A stretch of DNA of 64,000 nucleotides from Monocercomonoides exilis PA203 (Eukaryota > Protista > Preaxostyla), in NCBI GenBank assembly GCA_001643675.2, contig LSRY02000002.1:1736001-1800000 (forward strand). Reading direction: 5' to 3'. Below the pieces are notes generated by a model, which made no database searches, was not told where the DNA came from, and worked only from the letters and a program-made list of their open reading frames with translations. The position numbers and the translations under genes are program-made. How positions within the stretch are numbered: position 1 is the first letter of the stretch; each line of letters opens with the position of its first letter. Below, piece by piece: positions 23,192 to 36,500 of this stretch.

Positions 23192-26100
23192 ATGCGGCTA
23201 GACCATATTCAAACGAAATTTCCTCAAATAGAGGAAATTTGTGCAATGCTAGACAACCTTCTCTCAGAACGTCGTGCTGTGAGATTGAATGCTGAACAAC
23301 AATTGGATAACTTGATTGAATCGTTTCCAAATCAATTTGCAAAAGCCATGATAAGTTTAATATATGACTTTTCTAATAAGCAGGTTTGCTCATAACTTCT
23401 CTTATTTCCATTTTTCGTCAGTTTTGCATAATTAATTTAGCAAGCATTTTCAGCATGTACATATCTGAGATTGATTCCTATGCGTTTGAATTCTCGCAAA
23501 ACTCAAAATAAAGAAATGGCTGCTGATCTTTTAAAGACGATAAAGGAAACAACATTTGATTTATTTGATCATTGCGATGAACATCTATTTCTGTTTCATT
23601 GCATCAATGAACTATTTGCTGTGTTGGGGTCCATAGCAATTAGACTCAATTACACACCATTTATGGATGTTATCAATAAAATGGAATATGAAGCAAACGA
23701 AGGCGATTTTCTTCATCGAAAAGGCGCCCTCGATAGTCTGTATCAGCTTGCAATTCTTGCAGGTCCGTTCATCAATAAATTCGAATCAAAACTGAAGAAA
23801 ATTCTTGAGATTGATTTAGCACATTCCCAACCAGTTCAAGTTTGTAACTGTTTTTTAAAGAGATAGCCTTTAAATGTTATTATTGATTAATCCGACAATC
23901 TTTATCATTAACTTTCCAAAGATCCGCATGTATGCTTTACGTTGTTTACGCCCACTGTTAGCCAATTCACTGGACAATTATTCCGTTCTTCAAATGTTTC
24001 GCTCAAGTAATATGCAGATTCATCAACTATTCATTGATCTTATTGAGTCGCAAGATGAATTAAGCATGAAAAGAACAATGAAAGTGTTAAAAACAATTGT
24101 AGAAGGTTTGTCTTGCTTATTATAAACGATAAACTTTTTATTTTGACGATTCTTGTATGCATATTATTTTGCTAATATTTTATTTGTTTGCATTCGAATG
24201 AAAACATTTTTTTTTTCTTTGCATTTACACCGTAATACATAATGCAGTCGACGAGCACTTTTTTGGTGATTACACAAGCAATGCTTGCAAGACCATATAC
24301 TCTATTGGAACTATGAAGCAATTCTCAACATGTTTGATTTTTTTTGCAAATTTTGTACGATTAAATTAATCTTTTTCTTTAAATTTTTATCAAACAATTT
24401 TCATTTTTTTTTTTTTTTTATTTAAATTGCATCAACATATCTTCGCACATATTTTCATATACATGTGTACTTATAGCTACGCGGTGTGCCGCACTTGATG
24501 TGCTTGTTTCCTGGTTCGAGAAAGGTCCAGAGGAACTGATAAAAGTACCCAACCTCGAAACAGGAATGTTCAATGCATTTGCCGATCTTGTGATGGACAT
24601 TGAAGAAACAGGTGAATGGTGGGAATATATATCAACTGTTTGCTTATCTACTTGTTATTAATCTGACATTTTTTGACAAATCTCTTTAAATTTTGATTTC
24701 TTTTTTTTTCCTATCTATCTAATTTTCTTGCTGTGTAATGTGAACCTATTATTTAAGGGAGAAAAGGGAGATTCTCCTCAAAAGAATGGAATGGCGTTTA
24801 TCACTCGTCTTGGAAGAGTTTCTGCAGAAAATGGAGGTTTTTTGTTTTGAGATTATTACAGAAGTTATTTTAATATTTTTATAAATCAATCGCTAACTTT
24901 TTTTCAATATGTAAAAAATTTTAGAGATTTTTGCGCTTATTCCTTCTGTTTTACCATTGATTAGCTCCTTCTTGCACAGCAAGCAATGGAAGCAGCGAGT
25001 AACAGGATTTTGCATCATCTCTGCCCTTTTGGAGTGCTACATGGGGAGCCTTGAGCATTCAGACTCAGCCGATCTTGTTGACGAGGAATTTTTGCTTAAG
25101 TCTATCAAAAATGAGGTCAAAAGTACTGTTAGGGCGATTAAGCAGAAAGTTGAAATGGAAATGATTCCTTCGTCAACACAAGGAAATGCATCAGCGAGTA
25201 AGCTTGCGAAGTCAAAAGCAGGCTCCTTGTCTGTGGCTGTGACTGCATTGGAATGCTTGGCAAAGGAAATTCAGGTTGAAGGAAGATCTTTTGTTCTGAG
25301 GAATAAAGAAAAACTCTTCCAGTTGTTGCTTGACTGCCTCTGTGCAGAGCGAGTGATTGGAGAGGATGACACAGCAAATGATGACGAAGACATAACGGAC
25401 GAAGATTTTTCTGATGAAGAGGAGGACCAAAGAGAAAATGAGAATATGAAGCACAGAAAAGAAGATTCCGAAAGAAAAAACGGAGAAAAGGAAGAAGACA
25501 CAAACAGCAGTATACAAGAGCGACTGCACGCAATACAAGAAGCATTGCCTCCCCCACTCGTTGGCTCAGTTTTGCTGTGCATAACTCGGATGTTTGAAGT
25601 GTTAGAAGGAGCTGAAGTTGGCAGCTGGTGGATCCGCTTCTCAAGAGCCATCGAGACAATTGCAAGAAGAGAAGGCCAATACGAACCATTTGGAGATTTC
25701 TGTGAGAACATATCTGATTCAAAGCAGAACTCTGCACGAAGTTCCAGCTATCTTTCTATTTCTCCTTCATCTGATGCTTACTCCTTTGTTGATTTGTCGT
25801 GGGATCATTCATGTGAAATGCCACATCTGATGGCTATTGTGTCACATCATATGATCTTTGCTGTCTCTCTCACTGCATTGTCTGCCATTTACGTTTCTTT
25901 GAAAGATGCAGATTCGAAATCGGAAGCTGCAAAGTTGGCAGAGTTTGGGATTAACACGCTGCTTCATTACAAATCAACAGAGGCAGTGAAAAAAGAGTGT
26001 TTAGAGATGCAACCTAATGAAATATATTCACAGAATGAGTTGAACAAGCAAACGGTGTCCGTTGGAATTGATTACCAAAATGAGACAGAAGCAAACAATA

Positions 26101-29100
26101 AGAAAGAAAAAACAGAACTACCAACCGAATCTGATGATGAAGCTCAGAAAGATGAAGCAATCGAGCTTAAGTTCGAGCAAGATGCTGGAATGGAGACATT
26201 TGATGGCGTGCAAAATTCTGAGGATTTCACTACTCATCTGATCCGAATGCAAATCTATCGCGAGTGCTGCCTGATAAACTTCATATCCTCATTGCTGTTC
26301 CCATTTAAGAAGCTGCCTTCTGAAGAGGTGCCCACGGTCGACAGACAGAATGGCGATGAAACACAGACAGAACAGCAGACTTCGCTTCAGTCATCGTCAC
26401 CGTCAAGCGTCATTCAGCATGCTGGATCAAAGGCAGATTCAGATTCACCCGCCCTGCTTCCTATTCTGAAAGCAACTGAATGCTTTATTTCTTCATGTCC
26501 TGAAACATTATTAAAGACGTCAATGGCTCAATATACTTCATCCAATGAAAAAGCGCCAGTTAAAAATGATAATGCAGCAACAGGCAATAAACCAAACTTC
26601 GTTCCTCAAATTTCATCTTCTCCCCAATCCACTCCTCCTCTTTCACCGTGTTCAACAACCACCTCGCATGCTTCAATGCCTTCTGTACAGTCACTTAACA
26701 TCATTGCCATTCTGCCACAAGACAGAGCCAACATTCTGTGCTTCTTTTCAGAGATACCTTCTTTTGAGCGTTTTCTCGATTTTCTTATAACAATCGTGTC
26801 TTTCCCTTCGCTCACAGCACAACCACAAACTGGTCTGTTCTTCTTATCGCCCACCACAAGGCACATTGTTGCATGTCAAGATGCATGGCGCATGCTCTTC
26901 TACGTGCTGAGTGGGCGGTACTTCTCCAGCATCCTTCCATCCATCTTTTCCTCGCTCATCAATTCATTGGCTACTCGCCCAACAATACGGTCGGCTCTGG
27001 AACTGACTGCTCAGATGGCTCAAAACTCATCTGGGCCATTGACAAGTCCAATTTCGCAGCATCAGACAACATCAAGTACGTCTATTGATGATGTCAATAA
27101 ACGCAAACTTTCGGAACCTTCTCAATCAATTGCTGCAGCCGAGGAAGAAAAAAGTCCAAGATTGAATTCCGATGATAACTCAAAGAGTTCCTCAAACATA
27201 GCATCCAAAGCATCGAAGCAGAATAGCAATAAATGGAATATCAATCAAGCAAGATCACACGTGAACGAGAAGCTTAATCGTATCGACATTGACGGAAAAG
27301 CAATTGAAGTGGATAAGCAGGTCCTGTGGATGACATTATACTCCATTCGTCTTCTGACAAGCTATCTCAGCCAGATACTGATAGAGCAACTGCCCATGGA
27401 TTCCATCATTGCCCCATTCATCCCTCAGTTTGCACATGTGATTATGCCATACACAACACCCTCAGCTTCCCATCCTATCAGAATGTCAGCGTTGCTTTGC
27501 GCCTCTCAGCTGTTCTACACAATCAGAACATTGTTTGCTGCAGCCAAAAAGAAGCAAGCAATGAATGCTGCTGACTCATCCACTGCACCACCACATTCTT
27601 TGGCAGCAGCGCAACACCAATCTTCCTCTTCTCTTCATGGCGCAAGCGAAACGCCTACCGCTTTACCACATCCTGAAAGAGATCACCATTCAACAACAAA
27701 CATGCTCCCTCCATTGGCACCCTCGCAAATGCAGAGCATTTCTCTGCCGCCAATCGGAGATAATGCTGTGATAACTGCTGATGGTAGTTCACTCAGCCGT
27801 TCTCCCTCGATCTCCACAGTCGATTCTGCGACTTCATCTTCTCCTTCACAGCACAACAGCCGTGTTCCTTATACAGCTAATGCAATGCATTCTGTCCGCA
27901 GTGCATCACAATCACCGAAGCGTCAATCAATCGGCACTCAACAAGGAGCATTGCCTTCTTCCAATATTACTCAGCCAGCCACATCTTCAACTTTACCAAC
28001 TGCATCGTTAACTTCAAATAATTCTTTTTCTTCTTCGTCGTCTGTTCCTTCTGGTTCAACACACTCTCCAAGTGCTTCAACCCCTCATTCGCCATCTGCT
28101 CCTGCCATAACCCCCACCGCGCGTGCAAATTCAACCTCTGCTCGCTTTTCAGATTCCAGTTCGATTTCGATAGATACACCCTTCCCAGTCATCCAGCAAA
28201 AACTGCATAACATTTGTGTGCATATGATTAGTGCTTCAATTCGCCACCTTGACAGCGAAACGAACATTGATGTGATTGCACCTGGATTCCTGGGACTTTC
28301 TATATCCATCTGCAAATTGACAGACATTGTCTTCCCTCTCTCTGAATCTCTGCTGAAGCGAATAACTACGCTCTTAGAAAAAGTGCTGAATCGCATTCAA
28401 ATCCGTCCATATTCTTCCTCCTCTTCTTCTTATGCCAACACAAGAATTGAATTCGGAAAGATATTTACGGAACCTCAAATATCGTTCTCTTCGATTCCAC
28501 TGTGTGCTCTTCATTCGAATTCTGCATCTTCCATCACTTTGTCTCAAACACGCCTTTCACTTACAAACCTGCTCCGAAGAACGAATGAGCACGAATGCTC
28601 TGCATCTTCTATCACAGAAACAAACACCCAAACAGCAATCATATCATCTCTTATCTCTCCAAAGGCAACAACATCATCTTTAATAGCTACAGAGCTCTTG
28701 AAGGACGGCACAGTCCAAATGATTGGACACATTGTTGCTTCCATTGCCGCTCGTATTGGCGCTCAATTTCTACCACATTTTCAGAGTCTTTCACGCCCAT
28801 TCTCTTCTCTTTTGTTACCTTCTTCCTCTGAATACGACAAAGCTGTTGCTCTTTTTGTGTTTTCATCAGTCATTCGTTACTGCGGTGTAGATGCACAGCC
28901 ACTCGTGTCTGGCATCAGCCCAGCTGCCGTCTCTCTGCTGCGCTCTTGTGACACCAATGTGCAGTTGCATGCTGCCTCAACTGTTGCCCTTTTCGCTCAC
29001 GTTGCGCAAAACTTCTTTGCTCCTTTTGCTGAAAGTGCAGCTGTTGTCTTGGCGCAGAAAATTGGTGAGTTTAGACAAAAATATGTGAAAGATCATGAAA

Positions 29101-29840
29101 TGAATCAAAAAAGTGATTTATTATCTGAAGAAATAGAAAAACAATCTGTAGATATTGATGACTATTCAGTTATGACTGCATGTGCCATTGCACTTGGTAG
29201 GATCATTATGTTCCATGGAGACAAACTGAGTCCTCTCGTAAATGTGCTCAGCAAACAAGTGTGGTTTGAGGCGTTGCCATTGACTGAAGGAGGAATGGAA
29301 GCTGATATACAACATTCATATTTGACAGAGCTTGTGGCAAATGGAGATGAAGTAATTTTGGGTCATTATCAGATTGATGAGGCGAATTCTGCGAGAGATT
29401 CTGTTGAACAAGAGGGCGTTTCTGATTCGCAAAAGGGCTCAGAGCAAGTTGATATTGCTTCTTTTTCATCTCTCTGCAAAAAGAATATATCTCATCTTTT
29501 GTTTGTTCTGTCGTGCATTGACGAGAACTCTGATTCCTCAAGCACAACTGTACCAATTTCATCAGAAAGTCGCACACCTCTTCCATTTCTGCCTTCAGCT
29601 CCGCTTGATCCATCAAGTGACTTGACTGCGATTCTCCAATCGCGACATGAAAATGTTGTTAAATGCCTTCGCATTGCAAGGCAGATAATTGGAGATGAAT
29701 GGATGTGTGGAGCAATTGACATGGTGAATGATGAAGAGTGCCAGAAATGGATTGAAAGAGTATATGCTCCAATTATGAGAGAAGAAGAAGAAAAGGAAAG
29801 GCTTTTGCTGAATGAACCAGAGATTGGAGAAGATGAATAA
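23192..29840 (+). CDS. Divergent importin-beta family HEAT-repeat protein (importin-5/Kap121-like), multi-exon, with long low-complexity insertions
   Basis: N-terminal VRLNAEQQL..P helix, FLHSKQWKQRVTG, C-terminal ACAIALGRII...WFEALPLTEGGMEA..HSYLTELV resemble importin-4/5; several small GT-AG-bounded exons at 23.2-24.9 kb precede the 1627-aa exon. Start uncertain. Confidence 0.7.
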
Positions 29841-30460
29841 AAAGCATGAATTACTGTGAAATTTGTACTTCATTTTCAAATGAGGAGAGCAAAGAAATAC
29901 ACCCAAATGGAAAGAAGGGTTATCATCTTTCCGATTGTTTGTGGATATGTAAAAAAAATTTTTATATTTTCGTGAGTATTTTATTTATTTTGAAATGACT
30001 TTGGGGGAATTAGCTTCCCAAGCGTTTCTAAAACAACAAGAAAAGCATTTTATAAAGTTTTTATTTTTTGAACCATCTCCTTTTCTGAAATTTTTGATCA
30101 ATTAAAGAATAACAGAAACAAGAAATGTTACAAAAAGTGAAGAAGTGAAATTCGATTTTTGAGAGTAGAGCAAAAGAAAAGAAATGAAAAGACACATAAA
30201 TGAAATTACGAATAGCAAATAGCTTTGTGAAATGATAGATTAATTATATTTAAAAGTGTAAATGTGTAAAATAATCAACATACCGAGTTGATTCTTACTC
30301 AAAATATGGTTTAAGAGAAAATATTTGACAATAGAAAGAAAGAATAAAAGATCAGAAAAAAAGCATAAATACAAAAATGTTTCAAAGACATATAATATTA
30401 TCATATGCTTCTTTTCTTCAAAATATTTTGTTTGAAATGAACTTCTTTAGGAAAACATTC

Positions 30461-33268
30461 TCATCTTCGATATCCCCTCGATACACTTCTATTTGCTGAA
30501 GAAAGTTTTTTCATCTGATGAATCGATTTGGCAATCTTTTTGATGTATTCTGGAGCATCGTGTATTTTTGGAGCGAATGTCAGTTCTGCTTCTTCCTCTT
30601 TCTGCTTCTCTTTAATCTCTTTTTCCACTTTTTCTAAAGCTTTCTTCTTTTCCTCTTCCATTCGAGTAATAAGCGTTGATGGTGATTTTAGCAACTCTAA
30701 TTTTGATCCTACTCCAAAATCGCGCGATTGGCGAACTGGCGTAAATGGCATCTTCTCTTTTTCTTCCATTTCTCTTTCGCGTATTAGCTTTTCCATCTCT
30801 GCCTGCCTCTTCAGCATCTCTCCAGTTGACAACGATTCAAATCCCTTTCTTTTTCGCTTTTTTGAAACAGCGTTGATGTGAGGTTGAAACAGTGTCGTGC
30901 TTCCATCTGAGTCAAGTGTTCCACCATCGCCAGCTTCTTTGTTTTGTCCAAGCTCCACTTTTTCCTTCTCCAATGAAATTGCTCGTGCTGTATGCGCCTT
31001 TTGAGCAGCAGCTGCCTCAATTTCTTTTTGGACACGCTGCAAAAATGGCTCTTTCACACGTTGAGAGGCCAATTCCAACGACTTTGGGCACAAAGCAGGC
31101 TTCTGAATAGGAACTTCACTGCTGTGAACAAGCTCCAAAACGCGGCGGCTACTCCAGCTATCAGATTGCCTCTGAAGAAAAGCATTAAAATCTGCTTGTG
31201 ATAACTTTTTAGAATGATGACGTGAATGTTCATCAGAAGAAGAGGGCAGTGTCGAGCTGCGAGAACGAAATGTTAACGGAGTGGCAGAGCGAGATGTTGG
31301 TAATGGATCGCTTGATGGCTTAGGAATCGGTCGATCAGCAAATATTGTGGAAAACCTGCTCAAGCGTTGTTCGTCATCTTCCCTGCTAACTTTCCCTTCT
31401 TTTTCATTTCCATTACGTTCATTTTCTTTCGATGAAATTTCGTTTGATTCATTCATTGCGCTGAAGTCAATTTGCTCGTCTGGAGCATCGCCATTACTTT
31501 CCATCAGTTGTTTCATTCTTAGCAAATCAACTTCAGTTGTTCCGATTCGACGTGTTGGACGGCGACTTGAAGCAGTGGAAAGTCTTTCAAATGGATCTTT
31601 GCTAAGATATTCTTTTGTCTCTTCACTTTGTATGTGAGCTGCAGGAGTTATGTGCGGATGAAATGTGCACAAATCTACTTCTGATATAATTCGTCGAGGA
31701 GTTTGATGTTGAGTTGTTGAGGATGTGGAGGTAACATTTGTGTTGGATAAAAGAGAATTTGAAGAAGAAGAAGATAATTTAGAAAGTGCATTTTGCGTTT
31801 GTGAATTGCTTGATTGAACTGAACGACCTGGAGTTGTGCTTCGTTTTTTTTCTAACAGAGCCATTTCCTCTTGCTGCTGCTTCTTTATCTGTTGCAGTCG
31901 CAATTTATCCACATTCCTCATTTCCAATGGGGCTTGTGGAGGTGCTGGTGGTACATAGTGTGTGATAGATGGCTTAAAAGTACATTGTTCTGGAAGGTCT
32001 TTCATTTCCCTATATCTCTCGGACTCTTCTTGCATTCTGATCTTTTGAAATTGAAGAAGACGATCCTCGATAGGTATTTGTTTTCTCTGTTGAATTCGCT
32101 TCTTTCTTTGTGTTTCTGTTTCATCGTCACTTTTTCCTTCATCATTATCTCCTCTATGAAAATTCGATCTCGAGTTATTTCCATCACTGCTGTGTGAATT
32201 ATTTTCGATGCTTTCATAATCATCTTCATCGTCCATGAACTGCCTTAGCCTTCCACTGGAACGAGCACGCGGAGTAATTTGTGGCTTAAATGTTGCTTCT
32301 GGGTCTTTCTTTTTGTTTTGCTCACGAAGAATTTCCAACTCTCTTCGCTTAGCCTCCTCCATTGCCTTCATACGTTGAAGAAAAGAAGAAAATTTGTTAA
32401 CAGATGTTGTTGATAAATGACGATGCATATCGTTTAATGGCGTGTCGGTGGCTGAAGTGGATGTGGAATGTTGTGATTCGATTTCTTGCTGATGCTTTTT
32501 TTCTGTTTGAGAATGTGTAACTGAAGATGCTGTTTCAATTTCTTTCTTTGAATTGATGTAATCATCTTCGCTTTCTTCACTTTCCTCACTTTCTTCTCTT
32601 TCTTCTCTTTCATTGCTAACTGTTGGACTTTCATAAATTATGCTCTGTTTAATCCTTGAGGGAGTGTGATGAATTGATTCTTCATTTGAATCAGACTTTG
32701 CCCATAAAAAATGTTGTGAAGTGTTTAGCATGCTGTCGTTCAGTTGATTTGCTTCCTCTTTTTTTCTCTGTTCTTTAAGTTTTTTCAAGGCAGTCCTCCA
32801 ATCGCTTCGTTTTTCTGTTTCAAAAGAAAAAGGAATTGGTACAGTTAGGGAGTGCTTCCCTGGAGATATAGGAGGAGTAGATGGTGATGTGTTTCTTTGT
32901 TTTTCAGACGGAGAGGTTGGGGTACCAAGATGACGTGATGAAGCGCAAGGTGAATAAATATTCTGGTTACCTGAAAGCCGAAGATACAATTCAATTGGAA
33001 TTGGTTGAATTTGTTTCTTTGACCCCTGTAATGGGGTGCGTAAAATAGGCGAAATTGAACGACCTCTTTTTTGTGATGAAGGTGATACACTTTGGTGAGT
33101 TTGTGGTGTTAAAGGAGAATTCACAGAAGGAGATGACAAAACATTATGACCAGTACTTGTTTCATTCTGTGTGTTTTCTGGTGGAATTTGAATTGTTTTA
33201 GGTTTTGATAAGCTTCTTTTTGGCCAAATAAAATTTAGTTTATTCGTCATATGTTTGAAAAATAACAT
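30461..33268 (-). CDS. Hypothetical protein, 935 aa, with dispersed TFxPxI motifs (possibly microtubule-associated)
   Basis: Long ORF; motifs ATFKPQIT, CTFKPSIT, CTFHPHIT, LFQPHIN, PFTPVR, LTFAPKIH and TVPIPFSFETEKR. True start may be in an upstream exon. Confidence 0.75.
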   Translation of the reverse strand: MLFFKHMTNKLNFIWPKRSLSKPKTIQIPPENTQNETSTGHNVLSSPSVNSPLTPQTHQSVSPSSQKRGRSISPILRTPLQGSKKQIQPIPIELYLRLSGNQNIYSPCASSRHLGTPTSPSEKQRNTSPSTPPISPGKHSLTVPIPFSFETEKRSDWRTALKKLKEQRKKEEANQLNDSMLNTSQHFLWAKSDSNEESIHHTPSRIKQSIIYESPTVSNEREEREESEESEESEDDYINSKKEIETASSVTHSQTEKKHQQEIESQHSTSTSATDTPLNDMHRHLSTTSVNKFSSFLQRMKAMEEAKRRELEILREQNKKKDPEATFKPQITPRARSSGRLRQFMDDEDDYESIENNSHSSDGNNSRSNFHRGDNDEGKSDDETETQRKKRIQQRKQIPIEDRLLQFQKIRMQEESERYREMKDLPEQCTFKPSITHYVPPAPPQAPLEMRNVDKLRLQQIKKQQQEEMALLEKKRSTTPGRSVQSSNSQTQNALSKLSSSSSNSLLSNTNVTSTSSTTQHQTPRRIISEVDLCTFHPHITPAAHIQSEETKEYLSKDPFERLSTASSRRPTRRIGTTEVDLLRMKQLMESNGDAPDEQIDFSAMNESNEISSKENERNGNEKEGKVSREDDEQRLSRFSTIFADRPIPKPSSDPLPTSRSATPLTFRSRSSTLPSSSDEHSRHHSKKLSQADFNAFLQRQSDSWSSRRVLELVHSSEVPIQKPALCPKSLELASQRVKEPFLQRVQKEIEAAAAQKAHTARAISLEKEKVELGQNKEAGDGGTLDSDGSTTLFQPHINAVSKKRKRKGFESLSTGEMLKRQAEMEKLIREREMEEKEKMPFTPVRQSRDFGVGSKLELLKSPSTLITRMEEEKKKALEKVEKEIKEKQKEEEAELTFAPKIHDAPEYIKKIAKSIHQMKKLSSANRSVSRGYRR

Positions 33269-33558
33269 TGAAATGTTTCAAATTAAAAATTGTTTTTAAG
33301 CAAACTGTTTAGAAAGAGATTTTCTCTTTTCGAGCCACTCATTCAAAGCCTTCAAATTCTTTTCACTCATATGCAACGCAGAATCTCGTTGGATTTTCTT
33401 CAAATTTGAATTTTCAAAATTTGAAGTATTCCAAATAATATCGTATTGTGGTTCATTTTTTGAAGATTATTTAATTGTACAAAAATTGTTAATTCAAACA
33501 ATCCAATTGAAACAATGATTCCAAAACGAAAATTTTGAAAATTCAACCATAATTAGAT

Positions 33559-36500
33559 ATGGCAAACAAAAAAGAAGGAGTGAAGGCCTCTAAGACATCT
33601 ACACCAAAAATTCCTCGAAAGACAAAAAAGACTTCGCGTAAATTTTACATTAAAGCAGTACTGAAATGGGGAGCAGTTGCGGGAGCAGTTTTGATTTTGT
33701 TTTATTTCTTCCAGCGACTTGACGCGTTCGATTTCTCAAAACTTAATCGGAGAATTCCTGAAACAAAGAAAGTCAATGGGACATATTCTTCAAACCCTGC
33801 AATTGAACAAACAATCAAAATGATACATCAAGCAATGGCTGATCAAAATGCAATCGATCTTTATCAAGCTTCAAAGCTATTGGCGTATCTGGAGAAAAAT
33901 TCTACAAGATCCTTATTTCACATGTTTCAGAGTCATTTCAACTTAAACGATATTCAAACTGGAATTGAATTTTTGGAGCAAATTGGTGATGATGTTCCTG
34001 ATAAAGAAAAATTTACAAAAATGCTGCAGAGAGCGAAGAAAGACGCTAAAATTCTTGCAATGATGAGAAAGACTAATGATGATAGATTTCTAATGACACC
34101 AAAAGACAAAATTCTTAGAAAGTTTGAAGGATTGAAACCTCTGAGTATTGCCGAAGATTTTTCCGTTATTGATAGAGAAACTAATTCACAGAAACGAGAA
34201 CGCTTATTAAAAGAAAACTCGGTAGAATACAATCCAGATATTGATCCACTTGATGTTTTTGTTAATTCAGGAGAAAATGATACTGCAATCCTTTCATCGG
34301 GAGTCGATTGGAAGAGTTTGGATGATTTGCTTGAGGAAGAGGAAATGATTGGAAGAAGTTTGGGATGGCACATGACGTATTCTACAGAGCATTTAGATAT
34401 GAGAAGGAAAGCAATTCTCGAGAGGATTGCTGAAGAAGAAGCTGAAGAAGTAGAAAACAAGAAAACTGAGTCCGAAGGTGAAGAGAATACTGAAATTAAG
34501 AGTGACACATCAAACTCAACGGTCGAAACAACCGAAGCAAACGAATCTAATTCAACTGAAAATGCATCAAAGAAAACTGAAAACAACAAAGAAAGCCCAA
34601 AAACGAAGAAGCCTCACAAACCTCAAAATCTATTCCAAGAATTACCTCCTCTTGAGCCATTTGAACCATATATTCCAGACGCAATTAAATACAAGCGCAA
34701 TGGTCTCACACAAGATTGGCTGTCTGCCCATATGGCAGTGATGCTGGCACAAAGTCACGGGATGATGGGCAAGCTGAACGGCACATCCATCAGCCGTGTA
34801 GTGAAATGTGTTAGCGTTATGACTCAGATGAAGAATGTGTATGCAATGAACAAGGCATCTGGAGAATGTTTGGATCTCCTGCGAAAGATTGCTGAGGACG
34901 ATGTGGAGCGAGCTGAAGCTGAGGCAAAGCAGAAAGCAGCAGCAAAGAATGGAGGTGAGGAGCTGAAGTTGGAGAAAGGAGAGGGCCTGTTTGGAGATGA
35001 AGACAAATACAAAGGAATGATCGATGAAAAAACGGGGTTGTTTGATGTGGATAAGTACATGGAAGAGAGATTGCGGAAGGAGAAGGAGAAGGAAGAGATG
35101 AGAAAGAACGGAACATGGACAAAAGAAGACGATGAGAGAGAAGAAAGAGAAAGAGAAGAGCGAATTCGCAAAGCAGAGGAAGAGGAGAAACAAGAAGAGG
35201 AGGAAGAGAGGAAAGCAGAGGAAGAGCGCAAAAAGCAGAGAGAGTTAGCAGGGCAGACAAATGGAACAGCAAATGCCACTCAAAAAGTGGACAAATACGA
35301 CATTGACGCATTGCCTCCAGAGCTGCGCGTGTTACAACATCGCCCTGCGATGGTATTTGATCCAGTTGGAGCGCTGGGTGTTATTCAGGATCTGTTGGAT
35401 GCCTACTGCATGATGAGGACTGAGCTGATGATGGATCCGGAAGGAGCAATGGGCACTCTGTTTACACCAGAGTTCACAAAAAGGTTGCACGAGATGGTGA
35501 CGCACACATCTGGCTTGTACCATGACAACTCTGGATTCCTTCACGGGGGCATTTCGCTTACGCTGAAAGGAAAATGGAAGCAGCACGGAAACGATGTAGT
35601 GGTTGTTGGAGGCAAGAGAAGATTGTACTGCCAACCAATGAACGTTGAAAAAGAAGTGAACAGACTGTTGATGCTGACAAGAATGTACATTGGAGAAATC
35701 GATAACATCCGCAAAGAAAAAGTCAATGAAATTGAACAGAAAATCAAGCAGAGAGGATTTGAAGATCCTGAATCAGCCACACCTTCAGATCGTCATTCCT
35801 TTGAGACAAACTTCAAACAATCTCCAAAGATGCCCCTGTCACCTGTTGTGTCACCCTCTTCGTTGGCAGCCTGGTTCATTGATCGCTTCATTGATATTTC
35901 TCCATTTGATGCTTATAATGAGGTTGTTGCTCAGTTGTTGGGATCAGCTATTATGATGCATTTCGGTTTCTTGCCAATCTCATTCTTTGATCCGTCTCAA
36001 ATGCAGAATTCGATGAATTTGTACAATGACGAGTCTTCGAGTAACAGCCTGGACTCTCTATATGTAACTCAGTCTGTTGCAGACTATTCACAAGAGTTCT
36101 ACGGTGCTCTGCGTCGTATCGATCAATCATCATCTCGATCGTTGCTGCCACTTCTGGATGTGATTGTGCGTTCACAGGAAAGACTTGCAGCTTCTGTGTA
36201 TTCGCTTCCGTTTTCTGTGGATGGGAATGAGTGGAGATTGAATGTGACAGAAGGGCTGGACGAAGAGAAGCAGTGGAAGAGGATGAACAAGATTGTGCGG
36301 GAAATGAAAGAGATAGCATTCAATGTGACAAACGACTTCGCGAAGGCAAAAGAGAAGGAAGCTTTGGCTAAGCGTGAAGAGGATGAAAGGAAGGAAAAGG
36401 AAAGGGCAATGGCAGCTGGAGAAGAGATATCTGATAAAAAGACCATCTTCCCGCCTACCATACCATTTATGGTTTCATATGACTCATACCTCCTTCCTGG

